Source: Podarcis filfolensis (taxonomy: Eukaryota). From it: DNA of 64,000 bases. The number at the start of each line of letters is the position of its first letter. Positions within the stretch are counted from its first letter, which is position 1. The translations under genes were made by a program, and so were the position numbers. Below, piece after piece: positions 26,489 through 40,414 of the stretch. The DNA is taken from NCBI GenBank assembly GCA_964270895.1, contig OZ185440.1, one strand, 5' to 3'. The notes beneath the pieces are model-generated. The model saw nothing but the letters and a program-made list of their open reading frames with translations. It did not search any database and was not told the DNA's origin.

Positions 26489-26634
26489 CAGTGGCGTAGC
26501 GTGGGTTGTCAGCACCCGGGGCAAGGCAAGTAATTTGTGCCCCCTAACCCGTGGATTTGCGCCCCCTAACCCTAACCCCAGATGTTGCGCCCGGTGCGGC
26601 CGGCCCCCCCTGCACCCCCCACGCTACGCCACTG
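26489..26634. mobile_element. Young hAT MITE
   Basis: Perfect 17-bp TIRs CAGTGGCGTAGCGTGGG, perfect 8-bp TSD TTTGCACA (26481-26488, 26635-26642), undecayed CpGs. Confidence 0.93.
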
Positions 26635-26967
26635 TTTGCACATGTTAATCTAACACTGAAATCCACCGAACAGCCAACCATTTGTTGTCGACAACACGGA
26701 AACAATAGGAAATATTTCTACGTTTCCATCAAAACCCAACTTTTCAAAGCTAGACTACAGAACAACATAAATTTATAGTTTCCAAGACTGCTAAGGCAGC
26801 CCCCACCCCCACATCCCACCAATCACCATATCTGACCCTAAGTAGTCAATCAGTAGCATCCAGATAAAAATGTGTTATTATTGCATTACAAAATGTTGAG
26901 AACTTTTAACACGTAAAGAGTCAGCACATCAGAGAGCTGTTAGGTATTAGAGATGCAATCACATTTA

Positions 26968-27246
<279 letters not shown>

Positions 27247-27719
27247 TCATATAAATGCATTAAAAAATAAAGATAGAAAAATACAACAACAGTGAAAAAA
27301 TATATTTGAATCAGCCTTGATACTGGTAATAGCAGATCTCTTGGTTAGAGGTTCAGTTAAGTAGCTCTGTACCCTAAAATAGCTCCTTGAACCTTCTGCT
27401 GAATGTGGTTTCTGTAACTGAAGAACTTTTCTTGCACTTGCTCTGAAAGATCACTGTCAGAGAGAATACATCCAATTCCACACTGCAATCCCTGAGGAAA
27501 AATGGATGTTGTAGAAGTCTTTAAAGCCTTTTGATCACGACAGCGGCAGGGCTCTGAGCTCCTGGTTGTCACCACAAGCGGGATTTAAATGCAATGAAAT
27601 CTGTATGACATTCTTTTTTGGGTAGAGGAGATGGGGAGAGAAAGCTGTTTAGTAGGTCAGCTCCTCAGTCAGAAGCATTGATTGATTTGTCACCAGGCTG
27701 AGCTCTCCAAACCAATGCG

Positions 27720-27790
27720 AAGCTAGAATTGTTTCAGCCAGATAAGCAGGTTTATAAATTGACTGCCTGGTTTCCAGTTGTGGAGCCTAC
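27720..27790 (-). promoter_or_regulatory. PGM1: Candidate promoter for the alternative (muscle-type) PGM1 first exon
   Basis: TATAAA on the minus strand at 27751-27756, with AGATAA (27740-27745) and an E-box CAGTTG (27775-27780) nearby. Motif-only inference. Confidence 0.3.
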
Positions 27791-28400
27791 TTTAACACCG
27801 TCTTCATCAAGAGGCAAGTATGTTGAGAAGGTAAGCCCTGTTAGAAGTGTGGTAATGTAGTGCGAAAGTTATTTTGTGGAGTCTAGCATGTAAAAGGTCA
27901 CTCTTAAAATGGAAGTCAGGACTTCTCAGTTACCTACAGTTTCCTTAACCCTCTGTTATTTTAATAACTAGAAAACTCTCCAGTGTCAAAAAGGATTTGC
28001 TTCATACTGTAAGCTGAGCTAATATAACAAACAGAAGAGTTATTGGCAATGCCAAATTTTGCACCCAATTTTCAACCTTCCTTGGATAAAGTGCAGTATA
28101 ATTGCTTTGATTTCAAACACTTCATTCCAGATACACCTAATTTTAAGCTGATCATAGCAACTTTATTAAAAATGCCATTTGCTTGACTACAATGCATATG
28201 ACAATCTAAGCAACCCATGTGCTTTAACTTTCGTATTACAAACAATTAAAAAAGAAAACACATCTCCATTCCATATAATAAACCTGAAACATTGATCTTA
28301 AAAAACAGAAACACAATGCCTTTTAATGGGTTTTAGAGAGTTGTGTAAGGAGCTCAAAATATTTTGCACAAGGAATTAGGGCAACCCTGTAGCAGGTAAA

Positions 28401-28402
<2 letters not shown>

Positions 28403-28437
<35 letters not shown>

Positions 28438-28650
28438 TAATATTTATACCCCCCCATCTGACTGCGTTTCCCCAGTCACTCTGGGCGGCTCCCAACAGAA
28501 TATTAAAAATACAATAAAACATCAAACATTAAAAACTTCCCTAAATAGGGCTGCCTTCTGATATCTTCTAAAAGTTGTTTCTTTCCTTGACATCTGATGG
28601 GAGGGCGTTCCACAGGGTGGGTGCCACTACCGAGAAGGCCCCCTGCCTAG
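28403..28650 (-). mobile_element. L2 LINE 3' end with (TAA)n tail
   Basis: (TAA)n at 28403-28436, followed by tttatacccccc...ctgggcggctcccaac...gggagggcgttccacagggtgggtgccactaccgagaaggcc, the reverse of a squamate L2 3' end. Confidence 0.7.
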
Positions 28651-31600
28651 TAGGTCCCTGTAGCACCACAACTTCAGTCCCTATATTCTGAACTGCTATG
28701 ATAATTCGCCTTTCATGGAGTTTATTCCTCCCATTAGGGTTGACCAGACATGTGGCTCACAAGCCATGTATGACAATGGGCAGATGAAGTACAGTTTTGC
28801 AGGGGCAAAACTGGGGGAAAGGTAGAAAAGACTGAAGGAGTAGCTCCTAAACTAAACTGCCTGGGGGAAATGGCCCCTAAATCAGCACCAACTAAGCCAG
28901 AATTAGGTGAACGAGATGCCACAGCTAACAAATCCAACACATAATTCCCCAACAAATCCAGAGCATACATAAATTTAAAAGTCTTAGCCTGTTTTGATAC
29001 CAGTGGGAGGCAGCACTCTTTTATAAGTGGATTTTACCATCTTTCCATCTCCTTTTAAGATGTATGCAAATCAGTAATTCTATCTCCAGGATGGAATTGT
29101 ATATATTCCCTCACTGTAGCCTCACCCTTGGGAAAATGACCGGCCCAATATATGGCATGGAAAACATCAAGTTTTAGGTAAGGGAAGAAAGCAGTGTTTT
29201 GTTTTGTTTTTTGTAAAACCCTGTCTGTATTGAAAATTGTGGAACACATGCACTTGAACTTTGCAATGTGGTTAAATTCATAGGCAGAGGCTTTCCTCTT
29301 GTGGTACATACGTGCAAGTGCACGTCCCAAAGGGAAACTGTACATTCCTAACATAGAATAAGCTCTCCTTTCAGATTATTAAACAGCTAAGAATCTTGTG
29401 GCCACAAAAACTTGTGCCATAATAAATTTGTCAGTTTATAAGGTGTGACCAGACACTGTTGTTTCTGCCCTTCTGGAAACTATTTCTGGTTAATGTAGGC
29501 CAGAATTCAATTATGAAATCTTTGGTATGGTTGAAGCCAAAACTTTGGAAAAAGAAGTTTCCCCTACTATTTTCTATTAGCACTGGAATACTTAAAAAAA
29601 ATCTTCTCTGTCACAAAGGACAGCATCAGCAATGACTGGAAGGAACAAAAGGAGAAAATCTCTGCTTCTGTTTAGAAGAAGAAATACTGTAGTCACAATG
29701 TGTTTTTTTTAAAAAAACAACAAACCTATTTTTCTGAAGTCACACTTTATTAAATTCTGTCACAACTTAACATTACTGCTGGCATTTCTGAGATTGGCTA
29801 GTCTGCATTAAACACTACTTCTGAAGTTAGGATGGCTGACAAGAAAAAGAAAGGCTAACATTAGGATCCTTAAAACAATTTCATTGCAATCCTCCAAGTC
29901 TGAAGGTGCAGAAGTGTTTATCTCACTAAAAATAATTTCCACGTCACATTGGGTTATGTATTGCATCTATATGCTAACTGTTGCAGCAATCTGCATGTGT
30001 TCATAATCTCATTATTTTCATTTTTCAATAACTTGGTTCATTCTACAGCTCCAGAATTTCTTCTTTTTAAAAGTTCTTGGCCTTGCAGTTCAATTCCCAC
30101 AATTTTTTATTTAAAAAAGAAATAAAAGAAAGCAAGGAATCTGGAACATATGGCTTACTGTCCCTGTTGTCCCCACCTCCTACAGACGCCCCTGATTACT
30201 GATCCAGATACAGCTTTGCTTGATTCAGAAAAGCATCCTCATTCAACTTGTAGAATATAACTTGGCTCCCCCTGGTGGCAGTCCTGGGTGCTTTTTGAAC
30301 AGGTCTCTCTTCTCTCAGCAGTAATGCAGTCAGGGTGAGTAATCTATCCTAATGGCTTTAAAGAGAGTTGTGGTGTCACTGGTTCCCACCCACTCCCTGG
30401 GTGGTTTAAAGCTTCCTGTGGTGTTTGAGGTAGTGGAAGTAGCTCTGCCTCTGTTGTTCCTGGGAAAAGGAAAGAGCAGCTCTCCTGAAGCAGCCTGCCA
30501 GGAAAGCCAACGTAGAGACCTTTGCTGTCCAAACATGGCACTAATTAATTTTACAAGGATATTCTTGGTTTATATTAAACATTACAAATAAAAGGGACTG
30601 AGGGGACACTGTGACATTTTAGGTAAGTTGTGCCACTTATGGTTTAGCAGGTCAAGATCCTGCATCTTGAACTGTTCTGGAAGGTATTTAGTACATTTTA
30701 CACTCATTCAATATGTGCACAGCCACAAAATCAGCCCTAACAGAGAGGGCAAAACAGAGCAAAAACAGTGCTTAGCAATCCTAGAAGCCTTTGCAAGTGC
30801 AATCCCAGGAGCCCTTGCACCAACCGTTGATGTCTGTGGAGAGTTGGTGTTTGAGCAAGAAGGTTTGGAGAGAGTGATTGTGCTGTTTGCAGGCTTTTTC
30901 AATGGTGTTCCCAATATACACACTTACACCTAAGTACACGGTGCTTTGGAACACAACCCCAACATAAAATGGCCATTGCCTGTAATGCATGTAGATTCTG
31001 GGGCATGTGTTGTCAGTGCCCAACTACAGATTCTGCTTAGAATCAGTCAATGGATTCTGCAGAAGCTAAATTTCCCAAACAACTGTCAAAGCCAGTGTCA
31101 TATAGCATGCCATTAGCAATATCTGATCAAAGCAGCTATGACTGTTAAACACCAAGTGGAACTAGTGAAAGGCATCCCTAGCCTTTAATTCTAGGCATAG
31201 TAATGAACCCAGACTCATTCTGCTATGTACCTCATTGATGAGTGGTGGTTTCCCACCTCACTGTAGGCCAATTTTGACAGGAGGGTGGGATTGCCCTTGT
31301 GGAAATCACATGACATCATTATGACATCAGATGACAAATTCAAAGGGGCTTGTTCCTTTGAAGGTATGCTGTCAGCACCAATCAGCAGAAAAAATATCTG
31401 TTTACGCCTGTAGAATGAATCCAAGCCATGTCTGTAAAGAGACATCCTTCCTCTCTGTTTACGGTTGCCTGCAAACAGTCTCTGACGGTGCACTGTCAGG
31501 CAAAGATCGTTGGTGCTTGCAAAGGCACAGGGCTTTGCAGGCACAGATGATCAACACTGCTTTGTCCTGTCTTTACCCTCCCTACCACTGATGCTATATA

Positions 31601-33883
31601 TAGTGCCAGGTATGGAGGAGTTGGGCATGGCTTAGCAAAGGCAGCCTTGTGAGCCAAATGAAGAGGGAGGCTGGGCTTAATAGGCCCTCTGGGCAAAAGG
31701 TTTCCCAACACTGGTCTGTGCAGCCTTAGGCTACAATTCTTCCCTGGAATTAAGTTCTATGGAATTCAGTGGGGCTTCTTAGTAGGTCTTACAGAGCTGC
31801 ACTGTTAATACACAGCACTATATACGTCTGCTCTGAATTCACACTGAGCACAATGAGATTTGTTCCTAGGTAAGTGGGTAAAGGACTGCAGCGTGAATTT
31901 ATTTTCAGACACACTAACTGGACACAGATATCCCTTAGAAAAGCATGATCTGCCATGCGCAGAATGCTGATTGACACAGCCACTTTTTTACGTAGTAAAA
32001 TTGCTTTAACTTTACCATTTCACTCATTTGGTATGCTGAAATCCTCCTGTGTATATTTCAACATGTGCCGAGTTCATGCCTCATTATGTGCCAGTTTAGA
32101 CTTTGAAACATTTGGGAGCAACCCAACCTTGGATGCTATCAAAAGGTTGCATAAGGCCTGTTCAACACTAGAGACCCTGTGAACTATGCTCCCACATACT
32201 AAATTACAAGATTCATTTGAAGTCAGAGAGAAATCTTGTCTTAGATTTCATCAGTTCATAATTTGTTTTCGGGACGGTGGGGGATCTTTGCAAGCATAAT
32301 ACCAAAATCTGTGGATTGGCTAGAGGAAAACCATTTCTTTTTTAAAATGTAAAGTTATCTCTACTGCGTATTCAGAAATGTGCATGTTTACTCAGATATA
32401 TGTTCAATGTAGCTTGAACAGAAATTGCTTCAACACACATTACAAAAAGAAGACGACTAGGACTCTGTGTGACCTAATTTCTTACTCATCCTTCACCACT
32501 TGGCATTGCTATGACATAAGCAGAGGCACTGCTATTGCTCAGTCTTCTGGAAACACGCCATGTTCCCTTAAGGTCCCCTGGGTATACTTCCAAAATCTGG
32601 ACAAACCAGCCTTTATATTTAGCTGAAGCCAATCCTAATGCCTGCCCATTTGTGCCCTCCCTTCTTCAAACAGATCTGTATATACACTTCCCCGTGTTCT
32701 GAAAACTAATGTTTAAAATTAGTGCTGTGTTGTACTACTAATCCCTTTTCATCTAAAATATTACTCTTTCCTTTCTAAAAACTTTATTCTAGAACAAGAG
32801 TGGGGAACACCCCCTCTCCAAAAAAAAAAACAACCTGTGTAAGGCTGCATTCTCTCAGGGGCAATCTGCCAGGGGTGGACAAAGCCAGTGTTAGAAGCAG
32901 GTGGGGCAGCTTTTCCCTACTTTTCACCTACTTCTCCACCTTCACCCCTCATTAGTGCTCACATTAAATTAAACCAAAGGTGACATGAAAGCAGACTGCA
33001 GTTTGCTGACCCTGTTCTAAAGCTCTAATTCTGAAGGACCTCTACGGTTAAGGAATAACAAGTTTGCTGTAAGATCATTATACATCTGAGGGGGTGATTA
33101 AAATTTAAAGGACAGCACCCCACTTTTATGCTATGGCTTCTTAATAAAATGCTATTGCTTTTGAGTGAGGGAGAAAAAAAGGGGAGGGAGTGAAGTAGCA
33201 GAAAGAGAGGAACAGGTGGCCTGCCCAGTTTTCTTTTCTTCTGTGCCCACCACCTATTCAAGCTCTGCCCATCCCTGGTGTACAACTCCCAAATGAATAC
33301 TGGCAAAGGAATGCAGTTGTTGGCATAGAAAGGGATCACCACATCTATTGGATCTTCTACAGAAGGGGTGGAGCATCTCCGGCCCATGGACTCATCTTGG
33401 CCTGCCATAGGATCAAAGTTGGTCTCCAAGCCTGCTTCACGCAAATCACAGCTACCTGTCCATCAGCTGACATCTGGCAGGGTTCAGCCATGCAGGACTC
33501 TGTTTTGCCAGCATGGATTGAATTCTCTGCTCATCAGACATGTAAGCACCACTGACTTAAATGGAACATACTCCCATGTAAGTAGCATACAATTGCAGCC
33601 AAAAAGCTATTCATTTTGGTTTAAAATTTCCAAGTGCTAAGCAAACAATGAAGTTCAGCAGAACTAGGAAGCATACCTCCAAAGCTAACAAGGCAATTCA
33701 CATTGGTTAGGATCTCTTTGATTAGTCCACTGAGGACAGACTAATCATGTGCTATAATTAAGTCGGGCAGAAAAAACATCCAAAGCACAGGTAATCTTTA
33801 TCAAGTTTCTTAGGGCAACTTCAAATCTTGCACAGCGGACAATGCACATTATTAAACTTAAATGAATGTCTGTTATATGCATA

Positions 33884-33885
<2 letters not shown>

Positions 33886-33921
<36 letters not shown>
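33886..33921 (+). repeat. (GT)18 microsatellite
   Basis: Read directly from the sequence. Confidence 0.97.
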
Positions 33922-33924
<3 letters not shown>

Positions 33925-36612
33925 CATATTCTGTAAAATAGGGCCACTTTACACCATTTTGGGAAGGTGCATGTATGAAGAGTGGCATATAAATGCCTAA
34001 AATAAAAACAGCACACAAAACATAAGAATATCCATCTGGATCAGGCCAATGCCCTCTCTTGTCTAACACCCTGTTCTCACAGTGGCCAACTGGATGCCTA
34101 TGGACAGCCAGCAAGCAGGACCTGAGTGCAGCAGCACACTCCCCACTTATGATACCCAGCAGATGGTATTTAGAGATATACTGCCTCTGACTGTGAAGGT
34201 AGAATGTAGCCATTGTGGCAAGCAGCCATTGATAGGCTTGCTACCAAATATTCTGTCAACAGTGAGTTTCTTGCTGAACACACCTGTAGGATCCATGTGC
34301 TTCCAAGCCCGTACTTGTGACTTTCAAACTTTGGACTTAAAACATCCTAGGGGAGGGAGCAGCTAACCCCAAGTTGGGTGGGGACTGATCCAACCCCTCC
34401 AGTTTGTCTGCCCCTGCTGCCTGCTTCCAGCAATTTTGGCAGTAGTGGCAAGGGGAGTGGGGATGATGTAGATACAACGCTGGGGTTGTAGATACAACAC
34501 TGGAGCTCAGAACAACTATTATTATTATTTGTTAGCCACCATATCTTGCCCATGGCAACCGTCCACCGATACATTAATACCAAGAGGAAAAAGAAATACA
34601 TTAAAAACATCCCACCCACTTCTAAACGGCCACAAAAAAGCCAAAGGCCTTTCCCAGTCAGCAAATCGTTCATTTGATGAGCAGAGTAGAGGCAGTAACC
34701 CTGGATCAGCTGAGGCGGAGGGGTTGTGTGCCTGTCTGACTACCCACTTTTGACCACACCCATCACTGGCACGAAGCCCCTGAAGGACTAACCAAGGGTT
34801 AAAGTGGTCCTCAGACCAAGAAATGGTAAGCACTCCTATTCTAAGGGCAGCCCCTTAAAAAACATAGTACAAACTCAAATTTGGAGCCCAATCATTTTAA
34901 ACCTTTGAAAAATTCAACAATTAGACCATTAAGACTATAAATAATGCAAGTACAATAGGTATGTAAGGGGAGACAAGAGCAAATGGAGCACAAATGATAA
35001 GAGACTGAGCTACAAAACAGTAAATCTCCAGTTCAAATCCCGCTTCTGTAATGAACTCCTTAGATGGTCTTAGACATGCTACTCTCCCTCAGGCTCAACA
35101 TTTACAAAAGGGGGGTAATAGGGCTGACTTACTTTAGAGGGTTGTTGTATTGCAACTAGATAACGTATGTGAAACATTTTGAAAGTGCCAAACAAATGTT
35201 ATTATGTATTCTAGATTGGTTACAGGCATAGCTACACTTTGACTACTAAATGAAATCACCATAGACTAGAAATGCAAACCCAGGAGTGATGCATAGTGTC
35301 CCATCAAGGGTTCATTTAACGCAGCAATACTGATTTCCTATCTGGGACTGGGAAACCACAAGGATTGTCAGGGTCTGCGAGGCTGCAATGCATGGCTGGT
35401 GAACTTTGCACAGGTTGCTAGGTCTCAGGCTGTGCAGGCTTAAGAAGCCCAGATATTCAGTCTTACAAGTTTTATCCTTCTCCCTTGGAAAGATTACCTT
35501 TAAATAGTATTGGGCAATCTATTTACTTTCAGAGGGACAGAAAAACCTACTGATTTATTGCTCATGCCTCATTAGCATTTGTTTGAAATATGTACCTGAA
35601 GGATAGTTTCTTTCAAACTATGCTAATCATCATTTTAGTTCCTGCCTGGCGAGAGGCCAGCATTTTCGCTGCTAGGGAAGCGAGGCCTTTTTAGAACCAT
35701 GCCAAGAGGCCTAGCAATGCACTTGGCATTAAAGCTGCCTTTGGCAGAGGGGGCAGGGGTGGAAATCAAGAGTTTTAAAAAATATAAGAAGTGGACTTTT
35801 AACTGTCATGAGGTACATAACCACAAGCTTTTGCACAATCAAGGTCTTTGCAAAAGGTCACACAAATGCAAACATATTAAGAGGTAACTTAGGTCCATTT
35901 GCAAAGTTCCAAAAATCCTACTTTATTTTAAATTGAGGGTCACCTTTCAAGTGATTTGTTACGAGCTGCACGTACTCCTGCAGCAAAGCAAGAGAAACCA
36001 TATCTCTAATGCCTGAAAGGTTAAGCTAAATGTCAGAGATTGCCGAGCCTTTTGCAGTAGGCAAGAGGAGTGCCATCACAAACACCCCCCTCTAATGGCA
36101 ACGGATGTGTGTGTAAAAATAATTAACTTACCTAAGCAGTACCTCAATCCCAACTTGGTCTAACTTTACTGGTGTTTCGTTCTCTGTTAGCAGTCGCTAC
36201 AGTCACAAGAAACATTTTCATAAGGGGCACTCGGAACATCTTTTTGTCTACAGCACATCACTTGTGGTTGTCATTAAGGCAACACAAAACGGAAGAGAAT
36301 GGTAAAAAAAGAACTCTGTAGGCAGGATAATTTTTTCCTTTGAATTTGATACTAGAAATTTGTATTTGTTTTGGGATTTAAGCTTCAGGTGTGGAATTAG
36401 TTTTCCCTTCCTACCAATTTAGACAAGGATTTTAAATTCTCCCATGGCTATTTCTCTTGCTTATGACAATGCAATGGCGGTTCCATTCACCGGCAAATCT
36501 TGACAACACTCCACTCAAAACAATGGGGAGGGGACGCATAGAAGGAAGATTAGGAAAAATGAAACTTTATAATGATGCATACAGCCACTAGCCTAGTGCA
36601 CAGAGCCCATCA

Positions 36613-37510
<898 letters not shown>

Positions 37511-37608
37511 AGATTCGAGACATATTTCATTCATGACTATTTCACTTTGTTCAAACAAAATAAAAAAATCCCTTCCAGCAGCACCTTAGAGACCAACTAT
37601 GTTTGTTA

Positions 37609-37652
37609 TTGGTATGAGCTTTCGCGTGCATGCACACTTCTTCAGATACCAA
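37609..37652 (-). ncRNA. Minimal type I hammerhead ribozyme motif (Penelope-associated), intact core
   Basis: Minus strand reads UUGGUAU CUGAAGA A GUGUG-CAUG-CACGC GAAA GCUC AUACCAA: 7-bp stem I, conserved CUGANGA and GAAA, 5-bp stem II, palindromic AGCU stem III, NUH = CUC. Confidence 0.75.
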
Positions 37653-38063
37653 AGGATAAATGGACATAAATCTGATATCAGGAATCGCAAGACAGAGAAA
37701 CCAGTAGAAGACTTCAATCTCCCAGGACATTCTATACAAGATCTCAAAGTAGCTGTCTTATTACAAAAGAATTTCAGAAATAGACTGGAAAGAGAAGTTG
37801 CTGAATTGCAACTTATTACCAAACTTAAAACCATGGAGAGACCTGGTCTGAATAGAGACATTGGATTCTTATCTCATTATACATGATAAAGCTATTTTTA
37901 GCCATCTCACCCCTTGCTTTTTCCTGTAAGACCAATTGCAGTCGTTAACAGTCAACAGGTTTAGCACACCTATCAGCCAATCACCCATTCCCACCACCCT
38001 TCTGAGTAATACCCCTCCCCACCCTCTCACTATATATAAGGGTCTGGTGACTTTTGTTTCAGT

Positions 38064-38101
38064 GTATCTGAAGAAGTGTGCATGCACGCAACAGCTCATA
38101 C
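38064..38101 (+). ncRNA. Degenerate hammerhead copy (GAAA mutated to AACA)
   Basis: GUAU CUGAAGA A GUGUG-CAUG-CACGC AACA GCUC AUAC: same scaffold, two core substitutions. Confidence 0.65.
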
Positions 38102-40414
38102 CAATAACAAACTTAGTTGGTCTCTAAGGTGCTACTGGAAGGATTTTTAAAATTTTATCATAGACAAAGTCCAAGCTTTTATTTGTCCATCACCTTGCTC
38201 TTTGGGGGGCAAAACGGGGTCTTTGAGCTGTACATCAGCACTGCTAACATATATATAATCATCAACTAGTTCTCTTGCATATGGGTTACCAATCCACCTT
38301 CTGCTAGTGATTTTATTTGCTCACCTCCTTAAAAAAAAATCATATCTGAAGTATGGTATAATCCCTTCATTCCAGTTTTAACTGTATCAAAGCATGGTTA
38401 AGTGTAACAATCCTATATTACTTCCTTGCTTATCTGTCACCACCTCCCTCATCCTCCAATGTGTGCTGAATTTAAGATAGTAAGCTCCTCGGAAAGGGGC
38501 CAGCCCCTTTATACATTGAAAAACACCATGTATACACATACAATGTTAATTATAATCTATTTTATTCAATTAGGCCACAATTTTCAGAGAAGGGAAAATG
38601 GCTTGGGGGGGGTTAGGTCAATAATAAAGTCAAATGGTTAAAAACAAGGGATTGTAGCCAATGCTAATTTTACTCAGAGTAGACACATTGACATTAATAA
38701 GCACAACTTAGGTCCAGGAGTTCCCATGGGTCTACTCTGATTGGACCTTAGTTCGATACAACCCATTTTGATTTTTTTTAAAAGCTCAACAGATCAAAAC
38801 ATTCTAAAATAAGCATTATGTGCCACACAAATTGCTTTTGGAGTTTATAGCTCTGGGTTACTGTACACTGATGAGTTCTGAAGTGGAGCTTCTCAAACTG
38901 GTTACACTGAGCAATGTTTCCTGAAGTTGCAGTATCTTGGATACAGTTTTTTTCTGGATTAAAATCAGAAGCAAACTTCACTCCACTTTTTAAAAAGTGA
39001 TTTCTTCATAATAGAACAACGAGCAGTCAGGTAGAAGATTAAATACTGCATATGCCCCAGTTATTTAAAGTATTTTTACCCTACTTATCAGTGGCAAAAA
39101 GGCTCCCAGAATGTAATATAAATATAGATATAAATATAAATAATAAGACAATCCTTGTCCCTCAGGAATAAAATAAAAAATGCACAATATAAATGGAAAA
39201 AGAATTGGGATGGAAGAGGGGAAATAAGCCATTTTCATAACGGCTACTATTGGTAATGGAATGCTGCACTCAAGAGACTTTAGTCTGACCCTGCAGAGCC
39301 AAGTCATATGCTCTTATGGTGATGCTCAATTGTGTGTAGTTTCTCCAGTTTTCTTAGTTTACGAAATGTAGCCACAGATGTAGCCTTCTGTGATGGAAGA
39401 CTAAGTTGAGTGTGTGAGACAGGGGCTGCTTAACCCTTTCCCCCCAGATATTTCTCACAATCTTCTCCAGCTGTTTTACCTTGCAATGGGGGGGGGGGTT
39501 TATGGTTAGACAAAAAGAAACATGTACTTGTATTTTTGCCCCTCTGGATGAGAGGGGAGAAAGGAGTTTTGTAATGAAAAAACAATTTTAGCAGGGGTGA
39601 CCCCTCTCCTTATTTGGCAGCTGACACTTTGGCAAATGCATTTTATAAAAGAAGAAACTCAGAGAATAAATACTTGGAATAATAATTTCCCCAAATGTGG
39701 GCGTTTTTAGACAATTGACACCTGGGAAAGGTGTTTAATAGTCCTTAGAAGTCTGTGTGTGTCTGCCTAAGCCCTTAGACATTACTTCATGCTCTCAGAT
39801 ATGAAACATCTGGTTTGTGCAAAGTGAATAACTGCTTTAATCTAGTTTCAAATAGGCAAGTATTAGAAGAAGAAAAAACTCCACTTACTGTTCGGATAAA
39901 GGTCAGAGTTGCCTCATCTGAAGTCATGTAGAGACCTCTTGCAGGTTCTGCATGATGCTGTAACCTGCAGAGTGTGGCATGAGGATGGAGTTTGGAATTA
40001 TCTAGCAAAGCATTTATGCATATTGTCATAATTTTATAAAAGACTTAAAAAAAAAACTTAATACCATCACCGCTTAAAATTAAATAATTCAGCATCCTAC
40101 AAACCAAAGTATAAGCATGGTTTTGCAAATCCTATTTGACTTTCATGAAGCTTTATTTTACTTTAGAACAACAAAAAGCAGTTCTCATTATTTTGCTCTT
40201 AAAAAGTAGCTTACCAGAGGCTGATGCTTTCAGCTACAGTACAGGGAGGCCCACACTGGCAAGCCCTCTGAAAACAAGAATTCTGCCTTGTCTTTGGGTT
40301 ATATAGATGGTAACTACCAACAATTGTGCTAGATCATGTAGCCTTACTTTATGACGGAAGAGACGTACTTGTTTGGCTTTTTCAGTCCAATATAAAAAGG
40401 GAGATGGAAAAATC

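Larger units (their letters stand above)
37551..38155 (+). mobile_element. 5'-truncated, inverted Penelope-like retroelement (GIY-YIG C-terminus plus pseudo-LTR) upstream of PGM1
   Basis: The ORF at 37599-37886 contains RINGHKSDIRN...KPVEDFNLPGHSIQDLKVAVLLQKNFRNRLEREVAELQLITKLKT...GLNRD..FLSHY, resembling the C-terminal GIY-YIG region of reptile Penelope elements. 79-bp inverted arms at 37571-37649 and 38064-38142 have 4 mismatches. Confidence 0.85.

Noticed and set aside
27372-27381. CTAAAATAG near the muscle exon as a MEF2 site
   Set aside because: One base short of the 10-bp CTA(A/T)4TAG consensus.
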